Shown piece after piece: positions 11,160 to 24,686 of a stretch of DNA of 64,000 nt; position 1 is the stretch's first letter; the number at the start of each line of letters is the position of its first letter. The DNA comes from Eledone cirrhosa (taxonomy: Eukaryota). Location of the stretch: NCBI GenBank assembly GCA_964016885.1, contig OZ024740.1:101804001-101868000 (forward strand), in the 5' to 3' direction. Position numbers and translations under genes: made by a program. The notes under the pieces are model-generated. The model was not told the DNA's origin, did not search any database, and saw only the letters and a program-made list of their open reading frames with translations.

Positions 11160-12235
11160 AGAGCATCAACTCCAGTGCAGTCAGACATGAACCAGGACAA
11201 GGTACGATGGTCAGGCAGTAGTAAATGACATGCAATATACATGCATTCGTTAACTCTGCCCAACCTTTCAGGGATAGCTTCCTCTCAGGTCATTTCTGGG
11301 TGAGAGTGGGTGCCCTGCTCTTTACTTCATCTCAGATTTTTGTTCATTTGGTGGTCTGAACCAAACTAGACCCCAAGCAATTTAACTGGTTTGTCCATCC
11401 AGTGATTATCAAAGCAGTTGGACAGCATGGGCCTGTCTGTACAGATGCTAAATTGCTGGCCCATTGTCTTTTCCTGGTTAATGTTTACTCCTGTTACTGT
11501 GTCATACTCCCTGAGATTGATATCAATCACCTTAATGTGTTTTGTGTTCGACACCACAATGGTGACGTCATTGGCATAAGCTGACATGGATCTCTCATAT
11601 CCTAGATGTGGAGTAGTGGTTCAAGAGTCAATACATACAACAGAGATGGGAGGGAATAACATGCTAACCACAGAGCAGATGCCGCTATGCATTGCAGTGA
11701 CCAATCTTCTGAAAACAGGTCCAAAGCCAGCTGCCTAGAGTACTGGCATCAGGTACTGATAATCAACCTTATCAAAAGATTTTGATTGATTTATGTTGAT
11801 CAGGGCTGCACATATGCCAAGTTTCTTAGCCACTCTCTCTATGAGATATCACATAAGGTGGAAGTTGTTGTGGATGAATCTTTTTGGAATGGTGTATGTT
11901 TGTGCTTCCCCTACCAGATCACCAATGATAGGTGCCAACCTCATTGCTAACAGCTTGGCCAAAATTTTAAACTCTGCCTTTAGCAAAGTTATAGGCCTGA
12001 AATTATCACTATAGTCCTTCTTATTCAGGTCCTTTTTCAGCAGCGCCACAGCTCCTTGGCTCACAAAATAGGGAATCCTCCTATTCTGCTGTCAGTTGTA
12101 GATGTCTGCCAAGAGGTCACCAAATAAGTCTAGCATGCAAACATAAAGCTTGTAGGAGAGACTATCCAAACCAGGTGATTTACCTCTTGTGATGTTATCG
12201 GCTTTTTGCATCACTGAGAGCCACGGCAGGTCTTT
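11160..12235 (-). mobile_element. Decayed Tx1/L1-clade RT fragment
   Basis: RGKSPGLDSL, NFRPITLLKAEFKILAK, SAYANDVT; homologous to 34500-35620 but with many frameshifts and deletions. Confidence 0.85.
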
Positions 12236-13358
12236 GAGGTTGACATTGAAGTCCATCATGCATTCGGGGCTGAGAATTTTGAAATCACTAGATGTATCTG
12301 AGGAACTTGCGAATCCAGAGTCAGGTTTGATCCACAAACAGATCGCACCTCAAGCTGTTTGCCGGAGAAACAATTGTAATACGCAATAAATTGAGTTCCG
12401 ATGCATCACTGATTCTTCGTTTTCCATTTTATCATACTCTGCTCCGTAGGAGCATAGAGTGCTCAACCGGCATACTGCCTATGGACACATCCTAGCAACC
12501 ATACGACATACATATATATATCATCATGATATATATATGGGTCCAACCCTTGCTAGTAGGGAGAACAGACATTAGATGATGGTGATCATCATTATGATAT
12601 ATATATATACACACACATATATATTCTCTTTGTCAGTGCTTTGCTTTTGTGCATTTGTTTTACAACGAAGTGAGTTTGCAATAATAATTTCTGCACTTCT
12701 TACCTCCTGTGCGATGGTTGTTATCAGGAAGGGCATCCAACCATAGAAACCATGCCAAATATGGAATGTATGACCAAAATGAGGTTTCTCTGATCTGACA
12801 TGTCTAATCTCAGAACATCACAACCTGCCTAACCCATGCCAGCAAGGAAACAGACAAATAATTTTGATGATGTTGAAGTGTCAAAAATCTTTTCTTAATA
12901 TACATTCATAGACACTATATTTCCCGGCAGCTGAAATAGATGCAGTGAAATAACATGTGGCTGATCAGATCATTTATATGTGAGAAATGTGTTTGACACT
13001 TAATAGTATATAATAGTATTATAACATTTATTTTTCACCTAAAGATATACATAAAGGTAAAGAACATAGAGTGAAATCAATCATCAGCTTTGAAAATAAG
13101 TATCATCATCATCATTTAATATCTGCTTACCCCGTTAGCAAGAATTGGACAGGTCTACAGAAGCAAAGTCAGTACTGAGGCAGGGAGGGGCTGTATTTCA
13201 CGTATGTATAATCTCATATTCTACTGAGTGCACAGAGAGTTTGTCATGTTTTTGACACAACAGAAGGGTCCTCCCAACCCTGTTTTTGACAAGCTTTCTA
13301 TGGCTGGATGCCCTTCTTATCACCAACCACTTTGTATCATGTGCTAGGTGCATTTACG

Positions 13359-13408
<50 letters not shown>

Positions 13409-13510
13409 GTGTGTATAGATATATATGACTGTGTGTCTATGTGCATGTGTGAATATATATATATACCTATATACTGGGTGTCCCCCAAAAATTGACATCA
13501 TTTCGTTGTC

Positions 13511-13704
13511 TAATAATTGTTTCTAATTTTGGCACAAGGCGAGCAATTACCCCAGTGCATTACTGGTGCTTTATTTTATCGATCCCGTAAGGATGAAAGG
13601 CAAAGTTAACCGTAGCAGGATTTGAACTCAGAACGTAAAGGGCCATAACTCTGTGCTGCAAAACATGGTGTCTGACGCTCTACCGATACTGCCAATCCAG
13701 CGCC
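13511..13704 (-). mobile_element. tRNA-derived SINE (Meta-domain-like)
   Basis: Family match; flanking duplication GTCTAATAAT at 13508 and 13712. Confidence 0.8.
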
Positions 13705-13806
13705 ATTTGTAGTCTAATAATATAGCCAACTCTCACTCAAATGATATCAAAGTTTAACAAATTGTGTAACAGCTAACCAAGTTTAAAGTTAAATGTTTTC
13801 TTTCTT

Positions 13807-15229
13807 TTAACCATTTAGCATTTAAACTAGCTGTATCCAGCCATAATTTCCTCACCTCTTTTTGTTGAAACCAGCTATAACTGGCCACTCATATTGATGT
13901 TAAGGTATTGTTCTCAAAATAAATAATATCAAAATCTCATAGATTTGATATTATGTGAGATAATTATGTAAAATAAAGCCTTCACCGTGAAAATACAATA
14001 GTATCATCATAATCATCATCATCATCACCATTTTACGTCCGTTCTTCCATGCTAGGATGGATTAGACGGGTTGTCCTGTTGTGGGCAGTATCTGGTCGGC
14101 TGACCATGCCTTGCTCATACAGGAACTGATTTTGGCTTGATTTCTAGAGCTGGATGCCCTTGCTAACACCAACCTCATTTACAGTGAGTGCTGGGTGCTT
14201 TTTCCGTGGCGCCTACACGTCCACTTTACAGTGTGGGCTGGGTGCTTTTTTGCCATGGCACCTCCACGACCACCTTGCAGTAGTGGGGGGGGGGGCATAT
14301 TGTCTATATGCTTCAGCTTGTACCCATGGGGGGTCGGGTACTCTGTATTACTGTGTGACGCCAGAGGTCACAGTCGTGCCTTTGAGAGGTGTAATTGGGT
14401 AAGGTCGGCTTTTATCACCTCATCCCAGGTCTTCTTGGGTCTCCCCACTCCGCGGTTTCCATTGACTTCTAGTGCTCTGCACCTTTTTATGAAGCTGTCA
14501 TCCTTCATACGCATCACAGGTCCATACCAATGCAACCGCCTCTCCTGCACACAGCATTTTATTCCTCTTATGCTCAGTCTCTCTCTCAATTCATTTATGC
14601 TTTGTCGTTCGCGTATATTACTATTACACGTCCATCGGAGCATGCAGGCTTCATTTCTTTCTAATCTACGTAAGTCTTCCACCTTTAGCGCCCAGGTCTC
14701 ACTACCATGTAACATTGCTGTTCGGATACACGCATCATACAGTCTGCCTTTCATTTATAGGGAGAAGCCTTTTGCAGCTAGCAGTGGCAGTAGTTCCTTG
14801 AACTTCTTCCATCCCGTTCTTACCCTAGTTATTGTACTTTCTGAACACCCACCTCCGCTGCTAATTCGGTCACCTAGGTAGCAGAAGCTGTCTACTGTTT
14901 CTACAGAGCCCTCTCAGAGATTGGTGGTACTTGTTTCCTGTGGCTGTTTGCTGCTTGCTGTCCCAGCACAGCTGCTACATGTGAAGCCTACATTCTTAAT
15001 TAAGCTTCCTGAGATCCCGCTACATCTCTTGTGTACCCATTGTTTGCATTTGGGGCAGAGAATGGAGTTCCTACCTACACCTTTCCTACATACTGAGCAA
15101 GGCCATTTCCCTGAGGGGATCTGGGTTCTATTTTCTCGTCTACTTACAAGGACCTTAGACTTTGAGACCCTTTCTTTCTAGTCCCTGCTTCCAAGTATAC
15201 ATAGAGTAATGTAAATGCTAAAGGGTTAA
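13807..15229. mobile_element. piggyBac-like MITE (family 1) split by an RTE insertion
   Basis: TTAA-CCATTTAGCATTT left end and TAAATGCTAAAGGG-TTAA right end; the two halves rejoin to the 10753 copy. Confidence 0.8.
14003..15196 (-). mobile_element. 5'-truncated RTE (subfamily B) retaining the PHD finger
   Basis: GKWPCSVCRKGVGRNSILCPKCKQWVHKRC...FTCSSC, FCYLG, LHGSETW, GRPKKTW; (GAT)n tail at 14003-14030. Confidence 0.92.
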
Positions 15230-17329
15230 GGTTGAAGAAAGACATTCACTAGAAATTTCGTTTGCCTAGGAAATAGTTTCTCAGATATTCACATCTCAAA
15301 TGATGTCAATTTTGGGAGATACCCTGTATATATATATATGTGTGTGTGTGTGTGTGCGTATATATATATATATATATATGTTTGTGTATATATTTGTGTG
15401 TCAGTAAAATGAAACTCCATATTTGTTTGTACAACACGAAATATCTAAATATGATTTAATTATTAGAGTGAAATATTTCAAGAATTTAAAGATTAAAAAT
15501 GTGGAAAAAAACCAAAAAATAAAATATTTGCCACAGAAAAAATAAACAATAAATTTTCTTTTAATGAATATATTTGCTTCTTTTTTTATTTTGAATTTTG
15601 ATTTAACATTAAATCACTGCAAGTTTGGAATAATTTCGTGCAAGATCTCATAATGACTATTTTTATTAGATAAAGATAACATAGAAAATACAAGATCCAC
15701 CTCCTCCCCAACAAAAAATTATCCAACACTTTTGCTCAATATGTTACTGTTAATTTCAGTTATCACAAAACGAGCACACTCATAGCATGATTGACCATAA
15801 TTAATTACATTGTTAACTAACTGCCATATATGTCACCCTCTTATCATAATAATTTATATCTAATATATCTAAAGCATAGAATTGTTGCTACTAATGTGGT
15901 TACATTTGTTATTTGGGGGCTTTCTCTGAAACGCAAGGTAATTTCTTTCGCTCTAAGTAAGTTAATATATTTTAGAGTTCTACTTGTTTGATAGAGACTC
16001 GATATGAAACTGTGTTGAAGCTAAAGCATGGAAGAGTGGTTTTAGCCATTTAAAGAAACAAAATAACAAAAATCTGTTTACAACATAGTTAATGGCCTAC
16101 AGTACTGGATTTACGTATAAGATTTACCTATTTACCTAGGGCCACACACCTTCAGGGACCTCATTTTTAAAAATATATTTTTATTTTATCATTAGCTTTT
16201 ATTCTTTAACATAAATCCAAACTCAACATTTCTCAGTTTTCTCACTGATTCCCCCCCCCCCCCTACGGACTCCCCTTGATAATGGATGGTAAATCTGAGA
16301 ATATTTGGGATTATTAAAAATTGCTAAGGTAACTTCTTATTGTCCTTACTCTTTTAAATTACTTCACTGTTTTATTTTTTACTTTCTTGTTACCTTGGCA
16401 TTTTTACCAAAGACACATTATCGGATTTCCAAATAACTAAACATATTTCTTATCTGTATTTGTATCAATAATTATATTATTATTAATTATATTATGAATA
16501 AGTATTAATGATTAATAAATAATAATTATATATAATTATTTAACATTTTTTTACCCAAAATGTTTTTAGAAAAGCCTTTAATTTCATATAGATTAAAGCT
16601 TCAGTCGGCTAAAGCCTGAACCTGGTGGCATAGTTCCATTGCGACTCTCAGTGACCAAGTTGCAAACGGCTCAACAAAATTTTTTGAAACCAAGAAACAA
16701 ATGATAAATGTTAAGTTAATTTAACAGCTTCTTTTTCTTTTTCGAGTGACTAAAATAGCTCTTCTTAATTGGCAGAATCACGCTTGGGCAATCTATGAAA
16801 TACATGGCTGGCCATTCTTTGCTAGAGCTGTTCATATATATGATTGAATAGACTCTCTATATCTTAGTTGCAAGAATTTGTATAACTCTGTAACTTTCAA
16901 ATAAAGCCATTTACTATATGACTCAGACATATGGCAAATTGGCAGAGCCATTAGATTCATTTTACAGAGTGTATTGGGTGCATTATTTTGTGGCACCTGC
17001 ACTACCACTTTACAGAGTGTACTGGGTGCATTTTATGTTGGGAAATTTTGCCTTCACTTCAATTAATTTGAACTCTTTCCCTGCATAATTGGCAAGTCCC
17101 TATCCTAACATCCTATGATTCATTCTTACTGAATAACTATATATTTGAAACCCTTTTAATCCCTAAATATGAATCAAATCTATCCAGTCTATATAACATG
17201 CTTCTCTCTAAACCCAGCAAAATTCTTTACAGACAATTAATGTTGTTATTTTAGTCTTGTCAGTTAATTAGATATTGAGGATTTGTTTCAGGGAAGACAG
17301 AAAGGGAGGTGTAAGGAGTTATCAGAGGA

Positions 17330-18880
17330 AAGTTGCTGAGTAGTTCAGACATTAATCTTGATCGGGGGAATGTGATAAGAGAACTTGATCAAGAGGAAAC
17401 TTATAAATATCTAGGTGTTTGTGAAGGAGACAGAATCAAGCACTCGACAATGAGGGAAAGGATAAGGAAGGAATGTTACCACAGAGTAAGAGCAATTTTA
17501 AGAACTGAGTTGAATGCAAGGAATAGCCATAAACACATTTGCCAAACCAGTAGTAACTTACAATTTCGATATCATCAACTGGTCAAGCACAGAGATCCAT
17601 AAACTCGATACAAAAATTAGAAAATTCTTTACCATGCACAGAATACATCATCCTAAGGTAGATACAGATAGAATATATCTCCCTAGGAAAGAAGGAGGAC
17701 GTGCATTAATCCAGTTAGATATTTCTTTGAAAACTGCAACAATTGAATTATCTACATATCTAAGGGAATCATATGATTGGATGATTAAACTCGTTTTGAA
17801 ACATGAAAGCAACAAAAGATCATACTCCATTACAAAAGATGCACATAGATACAGTAATAAACTACAAATTTCAGAAGTTTCCTTTACTGCTGAAATGAAA
17901 AACACAGAAAAAGCAAAGCAGGTAAAAGTAACTGCAAAGAAAGAACTGCTACAGAAACTGGCTAAGAAATTGCAATAAAAGCCTCTATATGGAAAATACC
18001 CAGAAAGAGCTAACAATCCTGATGTTGACAAAACTTTAACCCATCAGTGGTTGGCATCCTCTGGACTGAAATCGGAGACTGATTATATCAGCACAAGATC
18101 AGTGTCTGCCAGCAAAAAATTATCAACCTAACAACATAAAAAATGGATGCAACCCATTATGCCGTGTATGAAAAAAAACAACCAAAGACTATTGATCATA
18201 TAATCTCAATGTGCAGTCCTATAGTTCCAACTGAATACCTAAATAGGAATAACAGAGCAGCACAATACATACATTGGATAATGTGTAAACATTTTGACCT
18301 GCCCCATCAAAAGAATTGGTGGGAGCATCATCCACCTCCTGTGCTTGAAAAAGGTCACATCTTAATTTTGTGGAACTTTAGCGTCCAAACAGACCAAAAA
18401 TTAGATGCAAATAGACCTGATATAATACTGAAGAACTTCAAAAAGAGGGTATGCCTGCTAATTGATATGTCCATTCCTATACACAAGAATGTATCTATAA
18501 AAACATTTGAAAAACTGAGCAAGTATAAAGACCTAGAAATAGAGATTGGGAAAATGTGGAAGTTGAGAACTAAAACAATACCAGTGGTTGTAGGCACTCT
18601 AGGAATACCTAAAGGGTCTAATGATTACTTATCCTAAATCCCAGGAAACCCGCATATAGAAGATATACAAAAGAGAGTACTAATGGGAACTGCCCATATA
18701 CTAAGGAAGATTCTGTCAATATAAGTACATCGCAAGCCTAAACCCCTACATATACATGTGTGTGTGCGTATGTGTTTTTTCTTGAACATGGCAGACCTTG
18801 TCTCTTGTGGTCCCTGGTTGTGACTTGGTGATAACTCGTATGAACATAAAGCAAGCTAAATGAAAAAATAATAATAATAA
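17330..18880 (+). mobile_element. 5'-truncated, frameshifted R4/Dong-type non-LTR element (RLE)
   Basis: ETYKYLGV, RIYLPRKEGGRAL, TIDHIISMC, ANRPDIIL, LIDMSIP, KLSKYKDL, IPVVVGTLG, GTAHILRK; (AAT)n tail. Confidence 0.88.
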
Positions 18881-21127
18881 TTATGATAATTATAATAATG
18901 CATTCTTTATTAACCACAAGGGTTTACATAAAGTAGACATTAAGGACAGTACAGGACAATACAGGACGGTACAAAAGGGCATTTCTGCATGTAAAAAAAC
19001 AAAAAACAGAGGATGTAATAATAGAACAATGAAAAAATTCCCCAATAGGGAGGAGACTTCCAAGGGACATTCGTGGAGAAAGCCCATTAAAAAGCCACAG
19101 TGACCCTGACCACCAAGGCAAGTGCCCTCTCCCAGTTTTCCACCTTTAATTTACAGACACATACTCAGAGTAGGCCCATTCACTCGGGCCATTCTTGCCT
19201 CTCTCACCCATCTTTCAACAAAATGCTGGGAAGAGAGCACTTCCCTCTCTACCCTGATTTTCCTTTTCAAATGAAATTTGAAAAAGTTAATCACGGCATC
19301 ACCGAAGAGGTAAGTGCTTGTCTTCAGCCCTTTCAGACGTGTCCACCATACTATCTCTTTCGCCATGGCCACCAGACAGATAAAAACTGCCTGCCCTTCC
19401 CGGCTAAGGAAGAGGGCGGGGCATTCCTCACGATGGACTCAGCTGATAGCTGGATCCGTCCTACACACGACAGCAGGTGTTCAACATAAACCCACAAATG
19501 AGCAATGCTCGGACACTGGACGAGTGCATGCAGGATGGTTTCGTTGCCCTGCGCACATCTCAGACATGCCTGGCTGACGGCACCTCCATGCCTGTAGAGT
19601 TTATCTCGAACTGGCAAAGTTCCTCGGTAGCACTGCCAGGCCAGGGATTTCTGGAAGTTGTCCATAGGCCCCGGCCCGAAAGTTCTTCTGAAGAGATTGG
19701 CTAGTTGATTTTCATCGATGCCTAGAGTTTCCCCAAGTACGTCGTCGCTCTTTCCCTCCACTAATCATCTATAGAATGCCAAGGTGGAGTTTCCACCAAT
19801 CACATTGGTCGATTGGTCGAGGGCTGTGAGCGCCTGAAGACATTCCAGTCACTAAGCGCTCCCTCTCGGTCGTCGCTTGACCCAGGACTGCAGCTCCGTC
19901 AAAGAGATGAGCTGGGGAAAGACACATCTACAAACGGCAACCACACCTGATCACCATCGAGGAAGAGGTGGAGATGTCATAGCCTGAGTGTGTGTGTCTG
20001 CGTATCATTAGCCACGGCATGCCCAGCCCTCCACGTAGTGGGTGTTGACAGCAGATGGACCGCTTGACCATCGGAGCGCGTCCCTTCCACAAAAAGCGAA
20101 AGAGCAAATGCTCCAGCACAGTCAGGTGAGGCTTAGGACAAGGCACGATGGTCAGGCGGTAGTAGATGATGGACGCGATGTACGCGTTAGCCACCTCCCC
20201 TCGACCTTTCAGGGATAGCTTTCTCTCCGCCCATTTCTGGGTGAGAGAAGCCACCCTCCACGTCCCAGTTTTTGTCCATCTAGAGGTCCAGACCCCTAAC
20301 AATTTAACTGGTCCGTCCGTCCAGCACCCGTCGACGCCGTTGGATGGGATGGACCTGTCTCTCCAGGTGCCAAGTTGCAGGCCCACCGACTTTTCCTGGT
20401 TGATCATTGCTCCTGTCACCACTTCGTATTCTTTTAGTGTAGTGCCGATCGCCTCGATGTGTTTGGCGTTCGACAAAATACTCTATCTAGATATGATCTG
20501 GATGACCCGATGCGGTTTGTCCAAGTCCACATTGGCACATTCGGGAAATCCAATCGGTACCTGCCAGACAGTTCAAAATGCCTGAGCAGGTTGGTGAGGC
20601 GCTTGCACCCTCCTCCCCTATCCGCTAATCCCACACAGTTCCAGCATGCATCTAAGATCCCGTTCCAGTCGCCCACTAACACTAAAGAGCGAGACGTTCC
20701 AAGAAAGGTCTCCAGACTCCAGAAGAAATCAGGCCGCCCTGCTCCTGTCGGGGCATAGACAGTCACTAGCCTGAAAGCTTGCCCGTCTCCGCTGGTCACA
20801 TCCAGCACCACCAACTTACCCTCTGGGTCCAGGAAGATGGCCCGTATGGCGAGATCCAAACCTCTCCGAAAAAGCACAGCAACTCCTCCCCCTGATCCAG
20901 TACGGCTGGGTGATGCGTACACATCGTAGCTGCCGAAGATCGGTGCGAAGGCCCGTGCCTCGGAGATTCTGGTCTCGCTGATGGCCACCACATCTATGTT
21001 TAGCGACCTGAGATCGTTCAGCAGGTGCCCCTGCTTCCAAGACGACCCCAGGTCACGTACATTTATGCTACATATTCTGAGAGTAGCCATGTTGGCTAGG
21101 ATAGGAGGAAAACAGGTGAGAGGGGAG
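18880..21127 (-). mobile_element. Tx1/L1-clade copy: ORF2 with RT core deleted, 3' UTR and (ATT)n tail
   Basis: Closely matches 33176-33793 and 35256-36850 of the full element; deletion junction at 20473-20475. Confidence 0.93.
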
Positions 21128-21490
21128 GATGTAGCCTTCCCATTCGACACAAGAGTGCAAGAAAAGGAGAGGGAGAAAATTAATCGATACCAGGACTTAA
21201 AGTGGGAGGTAAAAAGGATTTCGAACTGCCATGAGGTCAAAGTGGTCCCAATTGTCATAGCGCACTAGGTACTATCTCAAAGAGTTTCCAAGGATGGTTA
21301 AAGAAAATTGGACCCGCCCCGCTTTTTGGAACACTTCAAAAGGCATGCTTGCTGGGAACAGCAAGAACACTCCGATGCCTCCTGAATATCTGAGGCTGTA
21401 GGTAGTGGCTTGATATTCATCTCAACAAACTTTCCAGTTAAATAACATCAATGACTGAGACTCAAAGAACAATAGTAATAATAATAATAA
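21128..21490 (+). mobile_element. 3' fragment of a second R4/Dong-type element
   Basis: DVAFPFDTRVQEKEREKINRYQDLKWEV...VVPIVI and LQKACLLGTARTLR; (AAT)n tail. Confidence 0.82.
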
Positions 21491-21504
21491 TTTCTATATT
21501 TAAA

Positions 21505-21640
21505 CTAATAGTTTCTACATTTGGCATGAGACCAGAAATTTGAAGGGAAAGTTGATTAATTTGGCCCCAGTGCAATAATGGTATTTTATTTTATTGGCCC
21601 CATAAAGATGAAAGGCAAAGCTTACCTTAGCAGGATTTTC
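21505..21640 (-). mobile_element. SINE fragment (Meta-domain-like), followed by a very decayed Tx1 3' remnant to ~21900
   Basis: GATGAAAGGCAAAG core; downstream WDKLYK motif on the minus strand. Confidence 0.55.
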
Positions 21641-22373
21641 TGTTAATGGATGGTGGTGGATTGATCTTCACAGTAGATTCAGCTGATAGCCTGATCTATC
21701 CTGCATGTGATAATAACTATTCAACATAAAGCCACAAAGCACAAACTCTAATGAAGTACAGGTTTGAATGTTTCATCATGTTTTATACATCACAGACACA
21801 TTCAGTTGCCAGCAGCTCCAGCATGGCTATACTTGTAGAGTTTATCCCAAACAGATAAAACCCATCTGCAGTACTTCTTGGTCCAAAGATCTAGGACATT
21901 GATTATAATCTCTAAATTGAAAATACTCCAGAAATGACTTCTCATACTGTCTTCATTAGCCGCCAGAATTGCTTCCAGGCAATTGATGCTCATATCATGC
22001 ACTCTGAAGGTTGATTTTCCACTGACACCCCCTTAACTTTTCATTACCCTATTCCTAACAAATAACAGTGTATGATATTCAAATAATTTTGAAGAGATTT
22101 AAAAATATAACAAACATTCTCATTATTAGGCTGGTGTTAAGCTGGAGTATAACTTAACAAAGGTTCTTACATAAAATTATGATGGGAGGTTTTAATGTAA
22201 GTATAAACACATTTAAAGGAGCTGTTTTCTATTATAAAACCAGGATGGTAGAGGGCAGTTTGGTATGAAAGGGTTAACCAATTGGTAGAGGGCAGTAAGC
22301 GCCTGACAACATTTAATAATAAGGGTAACAATAAAACAAGGAATAAAACAAACAGCACCTCCATAACTCTTAC

Positions 22374-22456
22374 CAAATTATTGGTTGACATTAAATCTTG
22401 CCGAAAATATTGATTTCTGTGAGTATGAAACATTTTCATAGAATTCCACTCGAAAA
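22374..22456 (-). CDS. Candidate internal exon of an unidentified host gene (83 nt)
   Basis: Acceptor ttttcatttatccattccAG and donor GTAAGA; open frame FEWNSMKMFHTHRNQYFRQDLMSTNNL; non-repetitive sequence. Confidence 0.5.
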
Positions 22457-22599
22457 CTGGAATGGATAAATGAAAATTGATTTTGTTTTGGAAAATATAA
22501 AATTGTCACGAGAAACAATCGGAACAGAATTGCATCAAGAATATACATTTTTTATTTAATTTATTTTTATTTTCATGAAAACAAATAATTGCAATTATA

Positions 22600-22880
22600 A
22601 CATTACCACCACCGTCAACATTATCATCATCCACAGAATCATGCCAGAATCATCCTCGTTCTATCATCAGCTTCATCATCATCATCATCATGAAAATCAG
22701 TATGACATCACCACTACCACCGTTTCCATCATTAACTTCATTATTATTTACAGCATCACTATTACCATTATCATCATCATCATCATCTTCATCGTCATCC
22801 TTATTGCTATCTCCATCATCATCGTCATCATTGTCAATCCCTTCTATCATTGTAGTCATGGTTGTCATCGTAATCATATT
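22600..22880. repeat. Degenerate (CAT)n tract
   Basis: Direct reading. Confidence 0.85.
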
Positions 22881-22943
22881 TCAGCAAATTTTGTTTTTAT
22901 ATATCTGATCAATTTATCATTGACTGCTATGCTTTTATAAGCA

Positions 22944-22991
22944 CCATTGTTATTATCATAACTACAAACACAACCACTGCCACCCCCACCC

Positions 22992-23035
<44 letters not shown>

Positions 23036-23093
23036 GCCACTGTTATTATCATAACTACAAACACAACCACTGCCACCCCCACCCCACCCCCAT

Positions 23094-23171
<78 letters not shown>

Positions 23172-23400
23172 CACTGCCATTGTTATTATCATAACTACAA
23201 ACACAACCATTGCTGCCACCACCACCATCACTACTACTACCACCACCACCACCGCCACTGTTATTATCATAACTACAAACACAACCATTGCTGCCTCCAC
23301 CACCAGCATTACTACTACCACCACCACCACCGCCACTGTTATTATCATAACTACAAACACAACCATTGCTGCCACCACCACCAGCATTACTACTACTACC
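22944..23400. repeat. Compound minisatellite: five copies of TGTTATTATCATAACTACAAACACAACCA separated by variable (ACT)n/(ACC)n
   Basis: Constant unit repeated with variable microsatellite spacers. Confidence 0.9.
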
Positions 23401-24396
23401 ATCACTCTTTTCACCATCTTCATTATCATAATCAATATTATCCTACTGGGGTCAACTTTGCCTTTCCTTTTGATGATGTGGATAAAGTAAGAATCATTCA
23501 TGTACTGGAATTAATGGAATTTCCTACACACTCCTAATACCTTGTGTCTAAATAAAAAAATCAGCTTTTTATATAATGGTTTAGTTAGGGAGGAAGCAGC
23601 TGTGTCTATGTCATTCCCAGGCCCTTGATAACTGTGGAGAATGTTCTGGCAATAAGGATGGTGGTTGGCACAATTAATAAATGCATTGTAGTATTTAGTT
23701 ATCTCCTTTCATAATCTATGTTCAAACCCTACCAGAGTTGATTTTTTGCCTTTCAAAAATAAGTGCCAGTTAATTATGGGGCTGATATAATTACCTATAG
23801 CCTGCCCCTAAAATATTAGACTGTATGACTAAGTTAGAAATCATTAGAAGTTTGTGTCATGATAATGTTGCTTTGCGATCCACCTTACTTCATAATACCT
23901 TAGGCAATTGTCTTTGACCGTAGTCTTGAGTAAACAAAAGCTGTATGAGTGAAATTTAGTTGACAGAAGCTTTTCAGGAACTTGTTAGATGTATATATAG
24001 ACATATTAGCAAAGCCGCTGTAAAGTGGTAATACCAATGCCACAATAAAATGTGTCCAGTACACTTTATAAAGTGATACTGCCAGTACCACAACAAAATA
24101 TACCTAGTACACTCTATAAAGAGGCAGTCGGTGTCACGATAAAAGATAAAATGTACCCATTATGCTGAAAAAAGTGGTAGTACTAGTGCCACAATAAAAC
24201 AATTATTTGTTTTCAATATAAACGACTGAAAGCATACATTGGTAAGATAAGATCAGTTAACTCAGGTGATGAATGCTTATGCTTCCATCAATAGAACATA
24301 TTTAAAATATAACAGGGATTAATGTGTTGATGATTTACAACTAATAGAGAAAATCACATCTCAAATGTTGCCTATCACCTCACAAAATATAATATA

Positions 24397-24465
<69 letters not shown>

Positions 24466-24686
24466 GAAAACCAAAGACTTTTAGAGATTTAACACATCTT
24501 TTATTATTCTGACTTTACCTTGAATTTATTTGATCTGGATGATTAATAATCAAAACAACACGTTAAGGTTCCCAGCAATTTGTTTAGTCAAAAATAAGTG
24601 GCTATCTCTATCTATAAATATTTGTGTGTATATATATATCATCATCATCATATATATATATGTATGTCTTATTATTCTTCTTATTA

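Larger units (their letters stand above)
13474..15326. mobile_element. Tc1/mariner-type MITE interrupted by a SINE, a piggyBac MITE and an RTE
   Basis: TA-CTGGGTGTCCCCCAAAAATTGACATCATTT ... AAATGATGTCAATTTTGGGAGATACCCTG-TA inverted termini. Confidence 0.7.

Noticed and set aside
23899-23940. 42-nt AG..GT-bounded minus-strand segment (and donor at ~24518)
   Set aside because: Not phase-compatible with the 26013 and 22374 candidate exons without introducing stops.
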